This document shows, in pieces, positions 58,818 to 64,000 of a stretch of 64,000 bases of DNA (its first letter is position 1; each line of letters begins with the position of its first letter). Position numbers and translations under genes: made by a program. Origin of the DNA: Octopus vulgaris (taxonomy: Eukaryota); contig OX597840.1 in assembly GCA_951406725.2 (NCBI GenBank), positions 17,546,001-17,610,000 of the forward strand, read 5' to 3'. The notes beneath the pieces were generated by a model that was not told where the DNA came from, made no database searches, and worked only from the letters and a program-made list of their open reading frames with translations.

Positions 58818-60200
58818 TCTTCCTTCCTTCCTGCCTTCCTTCCTTCCTGCCTTCCTTCCTTCCTATTTTCCTTCCTGTTTTCTTTCATTCTTATTTTCCT
58901 TCCTTCATTCCTGTTTTCCCTCTTATTTTACTTCCTTCTTTCCTATTTTCCTTCCTTCCTTCCTTCCTTCCTTCCTATTTTCCATCCTGTTTACCTTCCT
59001 ATTTTCCTTCCTGTTTACCTTCCTTCTTTCCTTCCTTCCTTCTTTCCTTCCTTCCTTCGTTCCTTCATTCGTTCCTTCGTTCTTTCCTTCTTTCCTTCCT
59101 TCCATCCTATATTCCTTACTTCCTACGTCCCTTCCTTCCTATTCTTTCCTTCCATTTTCCTTCCTTCTTTGCTGTTTTCCTTCCTCCTTATTTTCCTTCC
59201 TTCCTTCCTATTTTCCTTCCTTCCTTCCTTCCTTCTTTCCTTCCTTCCTTCTTTCCTTCCTTCCTTCTTTCCTTCCTTACTTCCTACTTCTCTTCCTTCT
59301 TTTATCCTCCCTTCCCTCCTATTTTCCTTCTTTCCTTCTTTCTTTCCTTCCTCCCTTCCTATATTCCTTACTTCCTACTTTCCTTCCTTCCTTTTTCTTC
59401 CTTCCTTTTTCTTCCTTCCTTTTTCCTTCCTCACTTCCGTTTTCCTTCCTCCTTATTTTCCTTCCTTCCTTCCTATATTCCTTACTTCCCTTATCCTTCC
59501 TTCTTTCCTGTTTTCCTTCCTCCTTATTTTACTTCCTTCCTTCCTTCTTTCCTTCATATATTCCTTACTTCTTTTTCCTTCCTTCCTTTCTATTTTCCTT
59601 CCTTCCCTCCTATTTTCCTCCCTTTCTTCCTTCCTTCTTTCCTTCCTCCCTTCCTATATTCCTTACTTCCTACTTCCCTTCCTTCCTTTTGTCCTTCCTT
59701 TCTTCCGTTTTCCTTCCTTCTTTCCTGTTTTCCTTCCTCCCTATTTTACTTCCTTCCTTCCTTCCTTTTGTCCTTCCTTTCTTCTGTTTTCCTTCCTTCT
59801 TTCCTGTTTTCCTTCCTCCCTATTTTACTTCCTTCCTTCCTTCCTTCCTTCCTTCTTTCCTACATATATTCCTTACTTCCTGTTTTCCTTCCTCCTTATT
59901 TTACTTCCTTCCTTCCTTCCTTCCTATATTCCTTACTTCCTTCCTTTCTTTATCCTTCCTTCGTATTTTCCTTCCTTCCCTCCTATTTTCCTCCCTTCCT
60001 TCATTCTTTCCTTTTTCCTTCCTCTCTTCCATTTTCCTTCCTTCTTTCCTTTTTCCTTCCTCTCTTCCATTTTCCTTCCTTCTTTCCTTTTTCCTTCCTC
60101 TCTTCTGTTTTCCTTCCTTCTTTCCTGTTTTCCTTCCTCCTTATTTTCCTTCCTTCCTTCCTTCATCCCTTCCTTCCTATTTGTTCCTTCTTTCTTCTTA
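58818..60200. repeat. ~1.4-kb degenerate (CTTC)n polypyrimidine tract
   Basis: Direct inspection. Confidence 0.95.
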
Positions 60201-61008
60201 TTCTTCTTCATTCTTGTCATCATCTTCCATCATTGTCGTTATTCTCTTCTTCAGCATCTCTGGTGTCACTTTGTGCTTTCTTTTCATCATCATCATTTTC
60301 CTTCTCTTTCTCATTGCTTTCCTTATCATCTTATTCATTGTCATTTTTTTAATCATATTTCCTCTATTTATCATCGTTCTCTTAAACGCTGTCTTTTTCT
60401 CAGCATCTTCTTTTCCATTATTACAATCATTGTCATGGTAACCATTTCCTGTTTCCTTCATCAAATTTTGTCTGACGATCAAAGACATGAAACTCAGAAT
60501 TACAGAGCCTCATTTAGCCTAATATCAGTACATTCCACTCTTAAGTACTCTCTTTCTTTCTCTTTTTTATATTAAAGTAAACACCCCCACCCCCACCCCC
60601 ACACATACACATGCACGCACACACTTTCTCTTTCTCTCCTTCCCTTCATCCCTCTCCCTCCTTCCCTCTTTCCCTCCCTCCCTCTTTCCCCCTCACACAC
60701 GCACGCACACACACTTTCTATCTTGACCCCTTCACACATACATTTTCTCCCTCCCTCTCTCTCCATCACCCACCTCTCTCACACACACACTCTCTCTCCC
60801 CTCCCCTCTCTCCTCCTCTCCTCTCCCTCCCTCCCCTCCACTTCCCTCTCTCACACACACAAATTCACAAACATGTATGTAAAATTTAACCAAACTTTGT
60901 AAACCAATACAGAACTACTCTACCAAAATCCTTTTATTCTTTTAACTGTTTGATGCCTTTGCAATATCCCCTTTTTCTGCTCCTTAAAAAAAATCAATTC
61001 TCTTTCAG

Positions 61009-61119
61009 CCTGTTGGGAGTCAAGCCCACCTGTGTGAAATACAAATCCTTCCGAACAGAGGAATTATCTCTCCATTAAAAACGGAACCTTTTAATCTGAC
61101 TTTTTTCTCCAAGGAACAG
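61009..61119 (+). CDS. DLEC1: DLEC1-like exon
   Basis: PVGSQAHLCEIQILPNRGIISPLKTEPFNLTFFSKEQ; cAG / GTATTT. Confidence 0.9.
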
Positions 61120-61342
61120 GTATTTATGTCTGGGAGTGAGGTGGACCTGTGTTCCTTTTTTTCCTGTTTGGTTGTGGAGGATGTTGGGTTTATTTAATAT
61201 TAGGGAAAAGTCATAGTGGTGAGATGCTCCAGTATGGACACTGTCGAATAGGGCAAGAATAAAAGAACAGAGACCATGTCTTTGGAGAAAATTGATGCTG
61301 TTAACATACATATACACTCATATTTACATAAATGTTCGTGTG

Positions 61343-61630
61343 TCATCATCATCATCATCATCATCATCATTTAATGTCTGTTGTCCATGCTGGCATGGGT
61401 TGGACAGTCTGATCAGGGCTGGTAAGCTGAGGGGCTGCACCAGACTCTAGTCTGATTTCGCATGGTGTCTATGCCTGGATGCTCTTCCTAACACCAACCA
61501 CTCTGAGAGTGCAATGAGTGCTCCTATGTGTCACTGGCACAGGTGTCAGTTTGCATGACACCAATATCTACGATTTACCTTGACTCAATGGTCTTCTTCT
61601 CAAGCACGTCATTTATCACTGCCTCCAAGC
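61343..61630 (-). mobile_element. RTE 3' end fragment (similar pieces at ~1840-1995, 5440-5560, 27130-27270, 55560-55790)
   Basis: (CAT)n TTAATGTC..CCATGCTGGCATGGGTTGGA signature. Confidence 0.75.
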
Positions 61631-62073
61631 GGCCCAGTCTTCTGAAGGTGTTTTTTATGAGTCACGCACCAAAACATTTGGTATTTTGTTCACATTATGT
61701 TATCATTATTAATAGTTTTCATCCACCAAGGTCAATTTTGCCTTTTGTCATTTCGGGGTTGATAAATTAAGTACCAGTCAAGTACTGGGGTCGATGTGAT
61801 TGATTGTCCCCCACCCAACAAAAATCGAGGCCTTATCTCTATAATTATTCTTAAGGAGGCAAGCTGGCAGAGTCATTAGCACACTGGGCAAAATGCTTAG
61901 TGGCATTTCATCCATTTGCACAATCTGAGTTCAAATCCTGCCAAGGTTCACTTTGCCTCTCATCCTTCCAAGGTTGATAAACTAAGTACCAGTGAAATAC
62001 TGGGGTTGATGTAATTGACTATTCCACTTCCCTACAAATTTCAGGCCTTGTGCCTTTAGTAGAAACTATTATA

Positions 62074-62132
<59 letters not shown>

Positions 62133-62915
62133 CATTATTATTGTTATTATTATTATCATCATCATTATCATCATTATTATCATCATCATTATTATTATTC
62201 ATTTTGTTCATCATGTACAAGTACATTTGTATTCCTCGGCGTAAAATAAAAACAAAACTCTTTCGCACCCAAAGTAATATGTGTGACAGAGAGAGGGAGG
62301 GAGAAAGATGAACAATTTAAAATAAATAAATGATTTAAAATAAATATATTGTAATTGTTGTGTGAGAAAGTATATATACTATGATTATAAAATATAGTGT
62401 CTTTCAAAAACATCCTAAATTTGAACACTATATCTCGTATTCAAGAAAAAACAAAACATTTTACATTTTATTTTTTATGAACGTCGTCACTTACTCTCTC
62501 TCTCCCCCTCTCTCTATCTCTCACTTTGTCTTTCCCTTTTTTGTTCAGACGCCATGAAACTCTCTTCCACTTTTCTTTATTTTGTTTTTTTTTTGTTAGA
62601 CGGCATCAAAAAGCTATGGCTGAAAATAGATTTTTATGAACGTCATCACTTACTCTCTCTCTCCCTCTCTTTTTGTCTTTCCTGTGAAAGTTGACAAAAC
62701 CCAAATAGGATGTTGATGAATGTCCTCCTAAAATTTGAGCAACATGCGTGCTAATTTGTGGATGTGCATATATATATATATATGCATAGATATATGTATA
62801 TGTATGTAATATCTACGTATGTATGTATGTATTATGTATGTATATGCAAAAGGCTGCTTTAAGGGTATTGGAAAAGGTCTGGTTGGAGGTCCAAACTTCC
62901 AAGTTCTTTTACAGG

Positions 62916-63381
62916 TATTTACAACTGATGGATATTTATTCTTATCTTGTTTGTTGTTAACATAACATTTCGGTTGATAAACCCTCCAGCTTTCATTAGG
63001 TGTCTTGGCCAAATTTTGAACCTGGGTTCTCATTCCTAAGGTATTTTTCATTGTTATTATTATTATCATTATTATTATTATTATTACTACTATTATTATT
63101 ATTATTACTACTATTATTATTATTATTATTATTATCATTATTATTATTCAGGTCACTGCCTGGAATCAAACTCGGTATCTTGGGCTCTTAACCACTACAC
63201 CATATGCCCATAGGCATGAGAACCCAGGTTCAAAATTTCCCTAAGACACCTGATGAAGGCTGGAGGGTTTTATCAGCCAAAACGTTGTGTTAACAACAAA
63301 AAAGATGAGGACAAATATCCATCAAATGTAAATAATGTAAATAATGTACATAATTCCTCATCTTTTAAATATAGAACTGTA
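62916..63381. mobile_element. Second copy of the hammerhead fold-back element, with 12-bp TSD
   Basis: Flanked by TTCTTTTACAGG (62904-62915) and TTCTTTTGCAGG (63382-63393) inside a mariner-derived repeat. Confidence 0.8.
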
Positions 63382-63598
63382 TTCTTTTGCAGGGCTTAGA
63401 AAAGGTGAAGGACCGCTGCAATAAGTGTGTGAATCTGAGAGGGGGAATTCATTGAATGAAGTCTTAATTAACTGATCTTGTAGTTTCTTTTATCCAAAAC
63501 CAGAGACTTTTCCGTTCCCCTTCGTATTGAAACAAAATCAAAAAGTTACCAAAATTAATCAACTCCTTCAAATCTCATTGTAATTGTTTGTCTTACAG

Positions 63599-63735
63599 AT
63601 GGTGTTTAACGATGTATTTGTTCGATGTAAAGTAATGGAAATGTGCAAGTTTCTCTGTTTGGCCATTACTGCTGATGTGAAGGGATTAATTATACAATAC
63701 CAGGTATCAAAAGACGGTTATTTCAATGATGAAAG
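63599..63735 (+). CDS. DLEC1: DLEC1-like exon (last in window; gene continues)
   Basis: MVFNDVFVRCKVMEMCKFLCLAITADVKGLIIQYQVSKDG...; cAG / GTAAGT. Confidence 0.88.
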
Positions 63736-64000
63736 GTAAGTGGACACTATCACACCTGCTGTTTTTCATTTTCATCATCTTTTATCTTTTTTCAGTCATT
63801 TGACCGTGGCCTTGCTGGAGTACCACCTTGAAGAATCTTAGTTCAATGAATTGACTCCAGTACTTTTTTTTTTCCTTAAGCTTGTTACTTATTCTGTTGA
63901 TATCTTTTGCTGAACTGCTATGTTACAGGGTTGTAATCACGCCAACACCGGTTGCCAAGTAGTGGTGGGGGACAAACACAGACACAAAGACACACACACA

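Noticed and set aside
57099-60575. Long ORFs of 300-609 aa (FLSF/KERK/LPSF repeats)
   Set aside because: Translations of CTTT/CTTC microsatellites lacking stop codons; only the embedded exon portions are real

Overview
Eukaryotic, AT-rich, microsatellite-saturated genomic DNA, most likely from an octopus (inferred from the SINE/RTE repeat families, not proven). One protein-coding gene crosses the whole window on the + strand: 19 short, phase-compatible GT-AG exons (1223..63735, about 883 codons, both ends outside the window) encoding a DLEC1/CFAP81-like ciliary protein. Nearly all ORFs in the supplied track are microsatellite or repeat artefacts. The introns hold many tRNA-headed SINEs, RTE LINE pieces, Tc1/mariner (DD34D, DD37D), hAT and Tigger-like MITEs, non-autonomous Helitrons, and two Penelope-like (Naiad-type) retroelements. 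One Penelope-like element is almost intact, with identical pseudo-LTRs that each carry a minimal hammerhead ribozyme. The most unusual signal is a dense set of short non-coding, often fold-back (inverted-repeat) elements, usually next to (TA)n. They carry more than a dozen type I hammerhead or hammerhead-like motifs, most with a palindromic stem III. One has a clear 12-bp target-site duplication. Together these suggest a retrozyme-like system of ribozyme-bearing hairpin retroelements mobilised by Penelope-like proteins. All structures were read by eye; no folding or database search was run.
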